Assembly (NCBI GenBank): GCA_028534125.1
Contig: CM052817.1
Coordinates: 11,224,001 to 11,288,000, forward strand
Direction of reading: 5' to 3'
DNA from: Lama glama
Lineage: Eukaryota
Length of the DNA: 64,000 nt
The notes beneath the pieces were generated by a model. The model did not search any database and had not been told where the DNA came from. It was given only the letters and a program-made list of their open reading frames with translations. The position numbers and the translations under genes are program-made. Below are positions 26,749 to 41,048 of the stretch, in pieces (the stretch's first letter is position 1; the number at the start of each line of letters is the position of its first letter).

Positions 26749-27861
26749 CTGCAAGCACAAGTTTCAACATCATCTGGAATGCCCTTGGCCTTGGCCTCCT
26801 GCTCCAGGCCTCTGCAGTCGGGTCAGCATTCTGCTGTTCAGCTGTTTTGCCCACGACTCCCCTATGTAATCCCTGCTCCATGGCCTTCTGGCCTCAGGCA
26901 TGGTCAAGGTGGTGATTGGCCCAAGTAGCATCTTGAGTTCAAACAGTTGCCTGCTTTCCCTTCTTAATCTAGTCATGTTCACATTTTTTTGATTGTGCTT
27001 TCCATAGGATGTTCCTGGATATATGTACATTGAAAGAATTTAAATTCAAAGGAATTTAAAGTACAAGACAAAAATAAATGCAACTAGAACTGCTCAATTT
27101 CTCCCCACATTCCCTGAGTACTCGTGCCCTACTTTTGAGACCACTGCTCTAGACTCTCCATAACCTCTGGTTCCAACTTGTCCTCCAGCTCTTTCCAGCC
27201 AGAGGTGATTTATTCTTTCCCAGATACCTCACTTCCCTGCTTCCTGGGCCGTACCCATGACACCAAAGTGTGCTGTGGGCTGTAACGTAACTGACCCATA
27301 AGCTCCCTGGAAGCACAGCCCGTCTCGTGCCGTGGTATTATCTCCCGGTGTCAAACTGACCACCCCGTACTCTGTATTCAAGAACTTTCTGATGTGGGAG
27401 CTTAGTGGAAAGCACTCTGGAGTCAGATAATCTTAGATACAAACACCAGCTCTGCCTCCAGATAGTTGGCTGGCCGTGAGTCAGCCACCTAACCTTTCTC
27501 AGCCTCATTTTTTTTTTTCACCTGTAACACAGGATACTGACAAAATTATTGGGAAGACACAATTACACAACCGTGTGAATGATGTTAGAGTATAAGGCGT
27601 TGTCTAAGTCTGGGGAGAAGCCAGGGCTGAGAAGCTCAGGCCCTTGGTGGACCAGATAGGGGGCATCTGGGGGCCAGAGATCCTTTTGCAATATGCCTTT
27701 TAGATACCTAGCCTGTGGCAGCTCTGGGTGTCGGCTCACCTGTGTCCTGCAGGCACTGGATTCGGCCACCAGGTGGGGCAGATCAAACAGCCCTGCCCTC
27801 CATTCTGATCCCTCAGCAGTCTCAAGGCTGCAAGCAGGGCCACGTCAACCTGGTCACGTCA

Positions 27862-28008
<147 letters not shown>

Positions 28009-28639
28009 CTAAACAGACAGAAAGAGTTTCATTTCTCTGATTACAGTTCTGTGGAGAGACATCCTATGCACATAGAATCTACATCAGATCTGAAAACTGG
28101 GCCAGTGCACAGTATATGCCCTTAGTCTCTGGAATTCAGTGTCTCAGGGTTCATCAAATCCCTACTCATCCTCTGATTGGCTGTGTGACCTTGGGCAAGT
28201 TACTTAACCTTTCTGTAGAGGATTAAATGAGATAAAGTATCTGGGGCAGAAAAAATGCTCAGGGGGTAGGAGGAATATTAGGTGCTGCTACTTTTAGAGA
28301 TGGGCTCTGTGAGTCTGTGAGGCTCACACAACTAACTGACTTGTCAACGGTCTGGCTTTCCACAAAGTCCCAAGGATTTTAGGACGAGCAAGTTCTCAGG
28401 AGTGAGTGGGGCCTTTAGAATTCAGATGACCTGAGTTCAAAATTTTTTAGCCATGTGCCCGGCTAGGCCAGTCCTTAAGCATCTCAATTTCAGTTTTATC
28501 CTCTCATTTGTAAATTCTAAGTCTCACAGCTCTCTGAGGGCAGCGATCAAGTCCAGCTGGGTGTCTCTTGCCCACAGCCCCGGCCTGGCACATGGTAGGT
28601 GTCCCACAGATACTTGCTGAGTGAATGTAGTTGAACTCA

Positions 28640-29620
<981 letters not shown>

Positions 29621-29869
29621 TCAGGCTGACCCCCACGAGCCGCACCTGAGAAGAAGACTTGTGTGGAGGTGATTTGTCAGCACCTGTCCCCAGGAGAAAC
29701 CTGTAAGGGTGCAGGGAAGTGAGACAGGGAAGTGATGGAAGCAAAGCGAGTGTGACACTGCCCGAAGGCCCACAGACGGCGTCTGCGGGAGTGCTGTGGG
29801 CACCAGCAAAGGGTTTAAACACCTGGGACACAAAAAGAACCCCTAGAAAACAAAACAGAACAAAACACA

Positions 29870-30200
29870 ACAAAGCACTAGAAGACAGAACTCAGCAGTG
29901 CATAGAAAGGATTATACACCCTGACCAAGTGGGATTTATGCCAGGAATGCAAAGTTGATTTAGCACCTGAAAATCAGTTAATGTCATGCAGCACATGAAC
30001 AGCAAAAGCCACATGACTGTCTCAATAGACGCAGGAAAAGCATTTGACAAAATCCAAGACGTCTTCCTGACAGATACACTCACTAAACTAGAATCAGAAG
30101 GGACCCTCCTCCTCCCAATAAAGCACATCTGTGAAAACCCCACTGCTCACATCGCACTCCACGGTGAAAGATGGACCATTCTCCAAAACTTCGGGAACAA
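29870..30200 (+). mobile_element. L1 ORF2 reverse-transcriptase fragment
   Basis: Translates to QQCIERIIHPDQVGFMPGMQ and HMTVSIDAGKAFDKIQ, canonical L1 RT motifs, with frame disruptions. Confidence 0.9.
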
Positions 30201-31200
30201 GACATGGCTGTGTGGACGGGAGAAGACAGGCGGGCAGGAGGATGGCAGGGGGCTGAGGCACTGAGAATGACTCCCGGGTTCTTGGCCTGAGCAACTGGCA
30301 GATGTTTACCGAATGAGAAAGACTGCACAGAGCAGGAGTGGGCAAGAAAAGCAAGAATTCTGTTTTGGACCAAGCAAATCTGATATGACCCTAGATGGCC
30401 CCAAGGCAAACAGGGAAATGTCTGTTGTTCAGAGGAAGGAATCTGAGCTGGAGATGAAGGGCGTGCAGAATCAGGGTTGCTTCGTTGTTGGCCTGAGATT
30501 CCAGAGCACATCTGCCCGACCGTGGAAACGACCCCACGGAGAACGCGGAGGGGAAGCCCCAGGAAAGTGAACAGAGAGTGAAAGTCCCCAAGAAGGTAGC
30601 ACACGTTGGTTGGTTTTGCGAGCACGTCCTCATGGGAGGAGAAGGAAAGGGGAGGGTGGAACCGGTGAGTGGGACTTTGGAGAACGATGGGGCTCTCACC
30701 TTGGAGAGGTGACAAGTGGCTTCTTCCTTCCCAGTGAGACAGGAGGTGATGTCAGGAACTGACAGTGGGCTGAACTGGAGGACAGAGAAGGCGTGAACTC
30801 ACTTTTAGGGAGGGGAAAGTGGACTGTCCAGATTGGGGGGCAGCGCTGAAGGCTGTCTTTATGAAATCAGCTCCCCGCTTTGCTCTGAGATATTCCTCAG
30901 CCACATTTGGCTGAGGGAGTCCAGGGAAGGCGAGGAAGGATGGTGGGTCATCATGGGCCAGGGTGGGATTTGGTGAGTATGACACAGGGAGAGATGGACG
31001 AGGCAGCTGAGGGGTTTTCAGGAGTCAATATGCTGGAAGGAGGGGACAGAGGCAGGTTTTTGGCGATGACAAGGTCACGGGTGTGGTGAAAGGAGGGTAT
31101 GGCTGAGGCGGAGTGAAGGACAAGATCTCTGGAGGTGAGAAAGTCAAGAGACTCAGAAATCAAGGGGCCAAGTGGGCTCCGACGTGGGTGTTGCCCTCAC
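30200..31200 (+). mobile_element. L2 LINE fragment
   Basis: gaatgactcccgggttcttggcctgagcaactgg...caagaattctgttttggac...gaaggacaagatctctggaggtgagaaagtcaag. Confidence 0.6.
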
Positions 31201-31427
31201 TGGGAGTATTAGATGACGAGGATGACTAGGCGTCAGTGCTGGGCACTCCACTGGCTCCCCTGGGCATTTAAGAGAAGAAACATTCTTCTTAAAAGTCCCC
31301 ACCACACAGTTCCATACGTACTGATCTTAAACCTTCGTGGGGTGCTGGTTTTTCCTTGTTCATGAGGCTTGTCTAGTGAACTAGACTTTAATTTCATCAT
31401 CAGTTTCCTACTGCTTATTAAGACTTC

Positions 31428-31626
31428 ACCCATGGTTTTCAAACCGTATCCCTGATAGCCCTGAGTCCCTTGGTAAGACTGAGGGCCATTGCAGGGAGCC
31501 TGGTGGGGAAACAGCAGGTGTCCCTTTGACCGGAGAAGACCTGTTCTTACACTGGGGCTTCCCTAATATAGAGTTTAGAAAAATCAAAAAGGTTTCCATT
31601 GCTTTAAAAAAGTTGAAAATCAGTGG
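31428..31626. mobile_element. hAT-Charlie-type MITE remnant
   Basis: Imperfect TIRs ccatggttttcaaac ... gttgaaaatcagtgg. Confidence 0.55.
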
Positions 31627-31691
31627 GCTTAGGTGATTATAAAATAGAAGACCAATCAGAAGCATTATATGAGAGGAAGTTCTGGGTAACT

Positions 31692-31692
<1 letters not shown>

Positions 31693-31725
<33 letters not shown>
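31693..31725. repeat. (GT)16 microsatellite
   Basis: Direct observation. Confidence 0.98.
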
Positions 31726-31726
<1 letters not shown>

Positions 31727-34700
31727 TTACAAAACAACTGTTGAAAAGGCAACTAGAGGTGACACATATAATAACAATGGTTTACCTAGAGCCTGCAGAG
31801 CTTGGAGAAAGAGTAACCGTATATCCAGGATGCAGCCTAAGAACTTATTTTTCACTGTCTACGTGTGCCTGAGCTATTGGTCTATTGTCTGTCTCCCTCG
31901 CTAGAATGGAGGCTCTGAGAGAGAGGAGCTTGGTCTTTGTACCTCATGGCTCATCTCCAGGGCCTGGCTCAAGGTGGACACTCAAAAGATTTCTTAAACG
32001 GATGACTGAATGAAGGAATCAGAGCTCTGTCTGGAAGGACATAGTTGTAGACGAGTGTGAGATGAGCCTGCCATCTTGTGAAGCCTTGAGAGAACAGTGC
32101 TCCTTTGAAAATCACGAATCCAACACTCTCTGATGTCAAAGACAAGGGGAGGAAGTCCCTTCACCCTCCTAGAAGATTCCACAATGAAACGAAGCCGCTG
32201 AGCCCACAGCTCTTCCCTCTCATCACATGTGCGCAGGATTTCAGTCGTTTCTCTGGCTTCCAGTGTCGTGTATCCAAGAGTACCCCAGAGTATCTGGGGT
32301 AAGTGAATGCTGAACGTGCTAACCCCCTGGTTGTAATCTGTGTTAAAAAGAAACACCAGTTTTACAGGATTTACTATATGCCTAGCACAGGGCTAGGTGC
32401 TGTACACATACTCATAATCTCAGAGAAAACTCATGGCAACCCTGCAAAGATGGCACTTTTCTCCCCATTCTAAGTATGAAAAACTGAGGTTCAGACAAGT
32501 TAAGCAACTTCTGCAAAGTCACAAGAGATGAGAAACGGGACTAACTGAAGCGCGTGCTCTCAGCACAGTACTGCACTGCGCCTCGCTGTCCCACTCGAGC
32601 ACTTATTCATTCACGCGTTTACTGAGTATCTCAGATGTGCCAGGTTCTGTGCTGGGCTCTAGGAGACATGCTGGCCCAGGAGACAACTGAAGTTGCAACC
32701 GCAAAAATATTACAATTCAGTGGGAGAGTCAGACAAGAACATGGTAAGTTTCAGGGTGCAAAGTGCCGTGAGAGGCATCCATTACTAGGAAAGCACAGAG
32801 GAAGGGTCTAATAGAAAGAAGACTTCCCAGAAAAAGTGAGCCTTTCTTCCTCATCCTTGGGGGTGACCAGTTCCCTTTTACGTGTCAACCTCTGTGTTGG
32901 CAAGAACAACCTGACTTCCTTGTGTTGTCTCATAGCACATGGTATAAAGTTGAGACGTCTGAAAACTCCCCATGGGCACACCCTTGACTTAACACAAGAT
33001 CAGATTCCAGGTTGGCGGTAACAGAGAGGGTCTCACACTGTGCGCACAGAAAGTCTTGGGGCACTTTGGCTTGTACACATTTGTTCATGGTGTCTTGCAA
33101 TTAAAATCCCCAAGCCATCCCCACAAAAGGCTGCCCAAACTGTTCTGTTAGGCTGAGATCTGGTTACAGAACTTTTGGCTTATCAGGGCTGCCAGACCCA
33201 TCCTCTCCTGCCTTTCCCTGGAAGGTTACTCCAAGGGTCGTGTGTATTACCTGGAAAATATGTTATGTTATGTAGCATATCATATTATACTCATCACCAT
33301 TTTTTATACACATACACGTTCATTTGCACCATGATCTTTTTAAAATTTCCCAGATATCTTGGAGGTTATGCCATTTCTGTACAATTTTTTTCAAAAGTCA
33401 ATCAATTTTCCATATTTTTCAGCTTCACTGAGGTATAAGTGGCAAAATTCCTCATTTTTATTTTTGGCTGCTTCATATGCCACATCATACAGATGTGCTA
33501 TAATTTATTTCTCTGCTCCCTGCTGATAGACATTAAGTTAGTTTCTCTATGGAAGATTATTGATGTGTTGACTTCAATGTTATTAAATCAAATTTTCTTT
33601 ACTCTTTTTTTTCCATTCCTGCTGGTGAACTTGAGGTCTGCTTTTTGCTTACTAATGTAACTAATGAAATTTCAGAGCTCAGCCTTAAAAAACTCAAGTC
33701 TTCATAATTAATAGAGAATCTTAGGAAAGAGATTAAAAAGGTGTCTTCTCTCTGTGTCATGGGGGGAGAGATGCCATTTCGTGTCATAAAGCTAATTTTA
33801 AGAGTTTGTAGAACATTAAGAAGCGTCAAACCCATTTCCCTGTGCAACATGGAGACGTGTGTGAATGTTCACAACCGTGACCATGGCCAGGGCGCTCCCA
33901 GGACTACTCCGTGGGGACATCTTGCCTCCTCTCAAGTCAGTCTCTTCTTTTCCACTCTCTCCACTTCCTCACTCTCCCAAACTTGCTCTCTGAGCTTGCC
34001 CTCTTTCTTCTCCTAGTCCAAGAGTCTCTTTCTGTCTTAACATTCCTCCTTCTCAGCCACAACCAATCATTTCGACTACTTTCTTATTGATATCTTCAAA
34101 TCCCCTGCCCACCTCATCTTTAGCCTCACATCTTTGGTATTCTCAACATCAGATCAGCCCACCCACCTCAGCTCTTTTCAAACATCACTAACTGGTACTT
34201 AAGATTTCCAGCCTTGTCGGTGCTCTCCATGTTGTTACCATTTACTTGAGTTGTCTTGTAGTAATTCCCATTCCTCTTTCCCATAAGGGCTATTCTGATT
34301 CTCTGCCATGTTTCTTAGGGCTACAAGCCTAATTCCTGGCCCACTTCTACTCTCCTAGCGCATCCTATTATCTCCTGTGTTGTGAAGGAGAAACGATGAA
34401 GAGCTTGGACTCGAGATGCAACCAAACTCAGCTGGAGTCCTAGCTTCACTGACTCTGAGCTGGAGCCATATGGTTCAGTCTGTCCGGAACTCAGTTTCTT
34501 AGCAGTAAAATGGGATTAACAACAGCACCTCGTAGGGCTGTACTGATGGCTGCAACAGATAGTGCACAGAAATGCCGGATATCCAATAACTACGGAATGA
34601 ATATTACCTTTTATCAAGAGAAAAAAGACTTGGACTCTTAACTGCAGGCTGGAAAAAAGCTGGAGTATTTGGTAATTCTTGGTGCAGTGCTGAAGGCAGA

Positions 34701-35339
34701 AGCAGACTGATGTGGTTAAGCAGAGAATGTGGGATGGGCAGGGGAGATAAGGGACGTGTGCCATTCTTCTCCAAAACCACTGGTGAAGGGAACAGGGACA
34801 AGAGGGCAGAGGACTAGAAGGGCAAACAGGAGCAAAATAAGGTGCGGGTAGGGCACTAGAGGAAGGCACATAAGAATTTAATAGGAAGGAAAAGATGCAA
34901 GAGAAATGGTATAAGTCAAGATAAATGAGTTTTACTTGGAAAATTAGTGGAAAGTGTGAGGAATTCCACCTCCTATATAAAGTGTCCTTTAGCTCCTTAT
35001 AGGTAGTAGAAACTTACCCCATTCATCTGTCCTCCAGTGCATTTGGACCACTTGGTTGTTATGGCCCTTTCGTGTCATATTATGGACATTTAGGTGCTAG
35101 ATGTTGAAATAAACTGTAAGCTTCATAAGAGTAGAGACCTCAGCTGATGTATTTCATAGTTCCCCATGCACCTAGCATGATGCCTGGCTGGATTCAGATT
35201 CACAGTGTGTTTCCAGTTAGACTGAAGGAGAACTTGGTAAGGGGTGGTGAGAGATTGAAAGAATAGGAGTCCAGAAGAGAGACCTGTAGGGGCAGAGGCC
35301 CTGAAGTGGGACACGCATGAAACAGACAAGTATGACAAC

Positions 35340-35600
35340 TCAAAGACTAGGCTTTGGAGTCTATGCTGCCTGGGTGCAGATCCTATCTGCCATCGTGTGG
35401 ATGCCGGACAATGTCTGGATGTTTGCTAGCTGCGTGACTTTGGGCACACTACATAATCTCCCTGGGCCTCAGTTTCCTCATTTGTACAATGAGGAGAATA
35501 AAGTTCCTGCTTTATGAGGTTACTGAAGGATTAATTGAGATACTGCTATAAGGCACGTAGCATAGCTCACAGAAAGCACCTGATGAGACCCAGCTGTAGC
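35340..35600 (+). mobile_element. MIR SINE (representative; further MIRs near 5890-6090, 12540-12720, 23840-24020, 25370-25545, 27400-27590, 28170-28240, 32370-32530, 34400-34570, 47030-47250, 49020-49220)
   Basis: MIR core gctgcgtgactttgggcacactacataatctccctgggcctcagtttcctcatttgtacaatgagga. Confidence 0.8.
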
Positions 35601-38008
35601 CATTATGGTTGTCCACGGGACAGGTAAGCCTGATGGAGATTTTGGTGGCAATGGCACGTCTCTTAAGGAAGGCAGTGCAGGGCGATGATGGAGCTGAGGT
35701 CCTCTGGAGTGAGAGAGAGATCTAGATTTCACTTCCTTGTGCAGAGATCGCTGGTGTACCTAGTATCTGAACCCTTAACTTTTCCATGGGCACAATGCCA
35801 CATTTCTCAGCCTCCCTTCCAGCTTGGAGCAGCGAAGTGATCAAGTTCTGCCTGGCTGGACATAAACAGATGTGTCATTACTTCTTCTGGGATGAGTCTT
35901 CTATTTCCGCGCGGTCGTTTTGGACCATGAAGTGGACACCACAGGCTGAGGTTGGCAGAACAATGAGACAGCATCTCTGACCCAGTGGAAGGTCATGCCA
36001 GCCCCAGGGAGGATTCCAGCTGGACTGCATTTTAGTTTTCTCTCATTCATGGACAAACCTAATTCTGTTTGATATATATACTTCTCAACTCTATCTTTTA
36101 AAAATTGCTTAAGTCATTTCACATCTTGAAGCCTCAGTTTCTTGCCTGTAAAATAGGGATAACCCAGAGTTGGAGTTTTTTTGGTTTTGTTTTTGTTTTT
36201 TGAGAATCAAATAAGATGACATTGTTTAACAGTCTGGCACATAGCAGGTAGTCATTATGTTTCCTTCCTTTGTCTTCTCACCCTATGCCCTCAGCAAGAA
36301 ACAGCCCTTGTTTTTGGAGACAGTCTGCTGCCCTCCAGCCCCCCCCCCCACCTCAGCAGCTGGAATTGTCGAGCAGATTTTGAGCATACGCACCTTCCTC
36401 CTGGGCCTGGTGTCTCCCAGTCACTTGGCAACCCTCCTCCTGCCACCTGCTGCTTCCTTCCACTCACCACCCACTCAACTGAAACATCAAAGCAACGAGC
36501 TCAAGTCTCATTTGTGAATCCGCCTCCTCAGGAGGAAGCCGACTTCAGAATCCATCAAGGGACATGAATAATTCAGCAGCCAAGATACTGAATGCTGAGC
36601 CAGTCACAATGTCTTCCCAAGGGTTTTAGAAATCCACCCTAACGGTTTGATTTCAGAGAAAATTTCAACAGCGAGCCTGTTAAGGTCTTAGAGGTTGAGT
36701 ACTGTAGGTTTAACAAAGTCACAATTAATGTACTCTGAGCATCAGATCCTGAGGAAAGTTTCCATCGAGTCTGGCAGCAGGAGTCAGCAGTGAAATGGAA
36801 AAGGATAACAGGAAATAACAATATTTATTGAGTGCCCAGAGGATAACCTTCTCTGGGCCAGGTAATATACATAATATTTTTCAATTAATCTAACACTTTT
36901 ACAAAGTGGACTTTCCCATGCTTATCCCTATTTTACAGATGGGGAAACTAACAGGTTAACTCAACATTTAGGGACAGAGCATGGTGCTTAAAAGGACGCT
37001 TTGGAGCCCACGGGACCTGGGTTCACTTTGCAGCTCTGCATCTTTCTAGCTGTGTGACCATGAGGGAATGTTGAGTCTCTCTGATTCTCCATCAGCTCAT
37101 CTATGACATGGGGGGAGACACGCAAGCCCATCAGTACATTGGTGGTATCTGAGGTGCTTTGCTAGACGTCTGCTAGAGAAAGGCACGGGGGCGGCAATGA
37201 TCACATTGCTCCAGTAATTCTCCCCCTTCCTTCTTGCATCACCATCAGTGGATCACTTCCATCAGCGTTCCAATGTGCTATAATTTTTACCAGTAACAAA
37301 AAAGTCCTTCTTTTAATCCCACATCCCCCATTTTCTGCCCCTCTTTATAGCAAACTCCTCAAATACTTTGTTTATACGCACTGTCACTAATTCCTCTCCT
37401 CCCTTTCTCTCCTAAACCTTCTCCAGTCAGGCTTTCCACCTGATTAATCCACCAGAACAGCTCATCACGGTTTCACTAATCACCTCCGTGTTGCTAGAAC
37501 AACAGCCAGTTCTCACTCTTCATCTGTGCAACTTTTCAGAAGCATTTCACGTAAGAAATCTCTTCCGCCGCCTTGAAACGCTGTCTTCACTTGGCTTTCA
37601 GGATACAGTTAGATGAGAGGGACCCTTCTACTGACCACTGACCTCTCCCTCTCATCTGATTGGCTAGTTCTTCCTCATCTCCCGTCCTTCAAATAGGAGC
37701 GCCCCAGAGCTTAGACCTCAGACTGTTTCTCTTCTCTAGAAACATTTTCTTGGGATCTCATCCAATCTTACAATTTTAAGCACACTTTATTTGTTAATGT
37801 CTCCCAAATTTACATGTCCAGGCTGGACGTGTCACCTGAATAGTAGACTCACACCCTGTTGCTTACCAATATCTCCAATTAAATATCTAACATACATCTC
37901 AAATTAATTCTGGATTTTTCCTTCAAAACCTACTCTTCCCACAATATTCCCCATTTCACTTCATGGCAACTCCCTTTTTCCAGTTGCATAGGTCAAATTT
38001 TGGAGTCT

Positions 38009-39420
38009 ATCAACAAGCACGTGAAAGGATGCTCAACCTCCTGGGCATATCCTGGAGGAAACTCTAATTTAAAAAGATACACACGCCCCAATGTTCACAG
38101 CAGCACTATTTACAGTAACCAAGACATAGAAGCAACCTAAATGTCCATCAACAGATGACTGGATAAAGAAGTTGTGGTGTATACCAAGTGAAGTAAGCCA
38201 GAAAGAAAAAGAAAAATACCCTATGATACCACTTGTATGTGGAATCTAAACACACACACACACACATACAAATGAACTTATTTACAAAACAGAAAGAGAC
38301 TCACAGACAGAAAAAGCAAACTTATGGTTACCTGGGGGGAAAAGGGGTGGGGAGGGATAAGTTGGGAGTTCAGGATTTGCAGATACTAACTACTATATAT
38401 AATAGTGCTTATATATATACGTATTATATATATGTGTGTGTATATATATATAATGTAGTGTGTGTGTGTGTATAGTGTAGTATATACATATATAATGCTA
38501 TGTATAATAATATAATGGATAAACAAGGTCCTACTGTATAGCTCAGGGAGCTATATTCAATATCTTGTAGTAACCTATAATAAAGAATATGAAAAGGAAT
38601 ATATGTATGTATATGTATGATTGAAACATTATACTGTATACCAGAAATTGACACAACGTTGTAACTGACCATATTTCATTAACCACCCCCCCAAAAAAAG
38701 ATGCTCAACATCACAAAACAATCACTAGGGAAATGCAAATTAAACCTACAATTAGCTACCACTTCACACCTACTGGGATGGTTATTTAAAAAAAAAAACA
38801 GAAAATAAGTGCTAATGAGGATGTGGAAAAATTGAAACCTTTGTTCGTTGCTGATGGAAATGTAAAGTGTGCTGCCACTGTGGAAAGTGGTATGGTGGTT
38901 CTTCAAAAAACTAAACACAGAATTATCATATGATCTAGACATTTGTACACTCATGTGCACAGCCCTATTCACACAAGCCAAAAGGTAGAAACAAACCAAG
39001 TGTCCATTGATGGATGAATGGATAAACAAAATCTGGTACATACACAAATGATATATTCTTCAGCCTTAACAAGAAAAAAATTTTGACCCTGGATGAACCT
39101 TGAAGACACTACGCTAAGTGAAATAAGCTGGTCACAAATGACAACCACCTTATAATTCCACTTACATGAAGCACCTACAGTAGTGAGATTCACAAAGTCA
39201 AAAAGTAGAACGGTGGTTGCTGGTGGCTGGAGGAGGGGATACTGGGGAGTTGTCACCTAATGGGCACAGAGTTTCCGCTTGGGAGGATGAAAAAGTTCTA
39301 GAGATGGATGGTGGTGATGGTTGCACAACAATGTGAATATATTTAATGCCACTGAACTGTACACTTAAAAATGGTAAATTTCATGTAATTTATATTTTAC
39401 CACAATTAAAAAATGGTTAA
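38009..39420 (+). mobile_element. L1MB-like 3' fragment inserted in L2, itself interrupted at 38038-38695
   Basis: caacaagcacgtgaaaggatgctcaac...atcactagggaaatgcaaattaaacc...gttctagagatggatggtggtgatggttgcacaacaatgtgaatatatttaatgccactgaactgtacactt...ccacaattaaaaa. Confidence 0.88.
38038..38695 (+). mobile_element. Younger lineage-specific L1 3' end with internal (TA/TG)n expansion
   Basis: Ends ccagaaattgacacaacgttgtaactgaccatatttcatt plus tail. TSD aaaggatgctcaac (38024-38037) / aaaagatgctcaac (38696-38709). Confidence 0.88.
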
Positions 39421-40686
39421 AATTTTTTTGAAGTCATGCTTATCTCAAATCTGTCTTTGACATCCCAAATCTACTCCATCAGCCAATCCTGAATCTCGTC
39501 ACTTCTCACCATCCCATCCTGCGCTTGATCTGAGACATGAGCACCTCTCACCTGGCCCATTTCAATGGCCACAAACCTTGTTTCCACCTTGCCATCTAGA
39601 GTCTGTTAAAAGCCAGTCAAATTATGTCTCTCCACTGCTCAAAACCTTCTGATGACTCACCGCTCAGGAAAAGTCAGAGCCTCACAATGGCCAAAAAGGG
39701 GCAATGTGGTCTGGCTCCCATGACCTTTCTGAGCTCACCTCGTCCTCTTCTCTTTCCCACTCACTCCACTCCAGCCACACGGACATCCTTGCCACATCTC
39801 ACTCGCTCTCTCACTGCATCTCTGTATATACTGTTTCCTTTCCTGGGACCACCATTCTCCTTTGGGTCTCAGCTCACATGCTACCTTATCAGTGAGACCT
39901 GCCCTGATTAGCCCCCAAATTCTTGCTCTCCCTATACTTTTTCCTGCTTTGTTTTTCTCCATGTCACCTTTATCTGACATATATATTTAATGTATTTTTT
40001 AAAAAATTTGTCTTCCTTTCTAGAATATGACTTATAGGCAGGTAGGGTGTTTTGTCTGTTGAGTTCACTTCCAAAACCCTGGAACAGTGCCTAATGTGTG
40101 GAAAGGGCTCGGTAAATATTTGTTGAATGCATGAAGTATCTCTTTATCCTAGCAAAAAGGCATCAGAGCACAGAGGATGCTTGAGCTGGGTTTGGAAACA
40201 TGAGCCAATGGCTGCCAGAGGACGAGAAGGGGGAGGAAAGTACAGGCAGGGGAGTGTCAGGAGGAAGAAGCAGCACAAAGGCATGAAATAGGGCGGAATG
40301 TGAGGATATATGCAAGGGGGTCCTCCTGGCCACAGCCTGGTGAGGGGCGTTGGCAGGAGGGGAGGAGAGCATGATGCAGTGCTGGACTGATGGTCAGGGA
40401 TCAGACACTCAAGGGTCCAGCATCCAAGTTAAGGAGTTTAGACTCTATCCAGTTGACGAAGCATGTGGTGATCATGCAGACTCCCACACCTTGCCCCAGA
40501 GATCCCGATGCAGTAGGTTGGGGCCAGGGAGAGGCCAGGAGCTGCATTTTTAACATTTGGTTGCTCGGGGCCTCAGACTCTAGAAGCAGATGGGTGCATA
40601 CTTTGGGGAACTGTGGCTTCCAGGCCATGCAGGAAGCTTTTCTTACAAGATTCTGCCTCTCTAGGGTTATGGGGAATAAAACTCTC

Positions 40687-41048
40687 CCTAATGGTTTATT
40701 TTCTGTGTCAACTTGACAGGGCCATGGGTTGCCGAGATATTTGGTTAAAGGCCTGAACAGAACAAAAGCCTGGGTCAGGGAGAACTCACTCTCTCTGCTT
40801 GACTGCTTGAGATGGGACATCAGCCTTCTGTCCTTGGATTGGGACTTACATCGTTGGTTCTCCTGGTTCTCAAGTCTTTAGCCTCAGACTGAGACTTGCA
40901 CCACCAGCTCCTGCGGGTCTCCAACTTGCAGATGGCAGATTGTGGAACCTCTCAGTTTCCACAATCACATGAGATAATTTCTTATAAGAAATTTCTTTCT
41001 ATCTACATCCTGTTGGTTGCATCTCTCTGGAAAAGCTTGACTAAGACA
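40687..41048 (+). mobile_element. ERVL solo LTR (MLT2-like), internally deleted
   Basis: atggtttattttctgtgtcaacttgacagggccatggg...aacttgcagatggcagattgtggaacctctcagtttccacaatcacatgag...ctggaaaagcttgactaagaca. Confidence 0.85.

Larger units (their letters stand above)
37185..40135 (-). mobile_element. L2 LINE (about 1.5 kb net) split by nested L1 insertions
   Basis: ctccagtcaggctttccacc...aatcacctccgtgttgcta...cacttggctttcagga; resumes at ~39430; ends with the L2 3' end cagtgcctaatgtgtgg...ggtaaatatttgttgaatgcatgaa. Confidence 0.85.

Noticed and set aside
27765..27782. CTCF-like motif ggccaccaggtggggca (also a weaker one near 43545-43558)
   Set aside because: Mismatch at a high-information position (GGG instead of GGC). 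Cannot be supported without PWM scoring or ChIP data.
30083..30715. 210-aa minus-strand ORF
   Set aside because: Runs across decayed L1/L2 fragments and has no coherent protein similarity.
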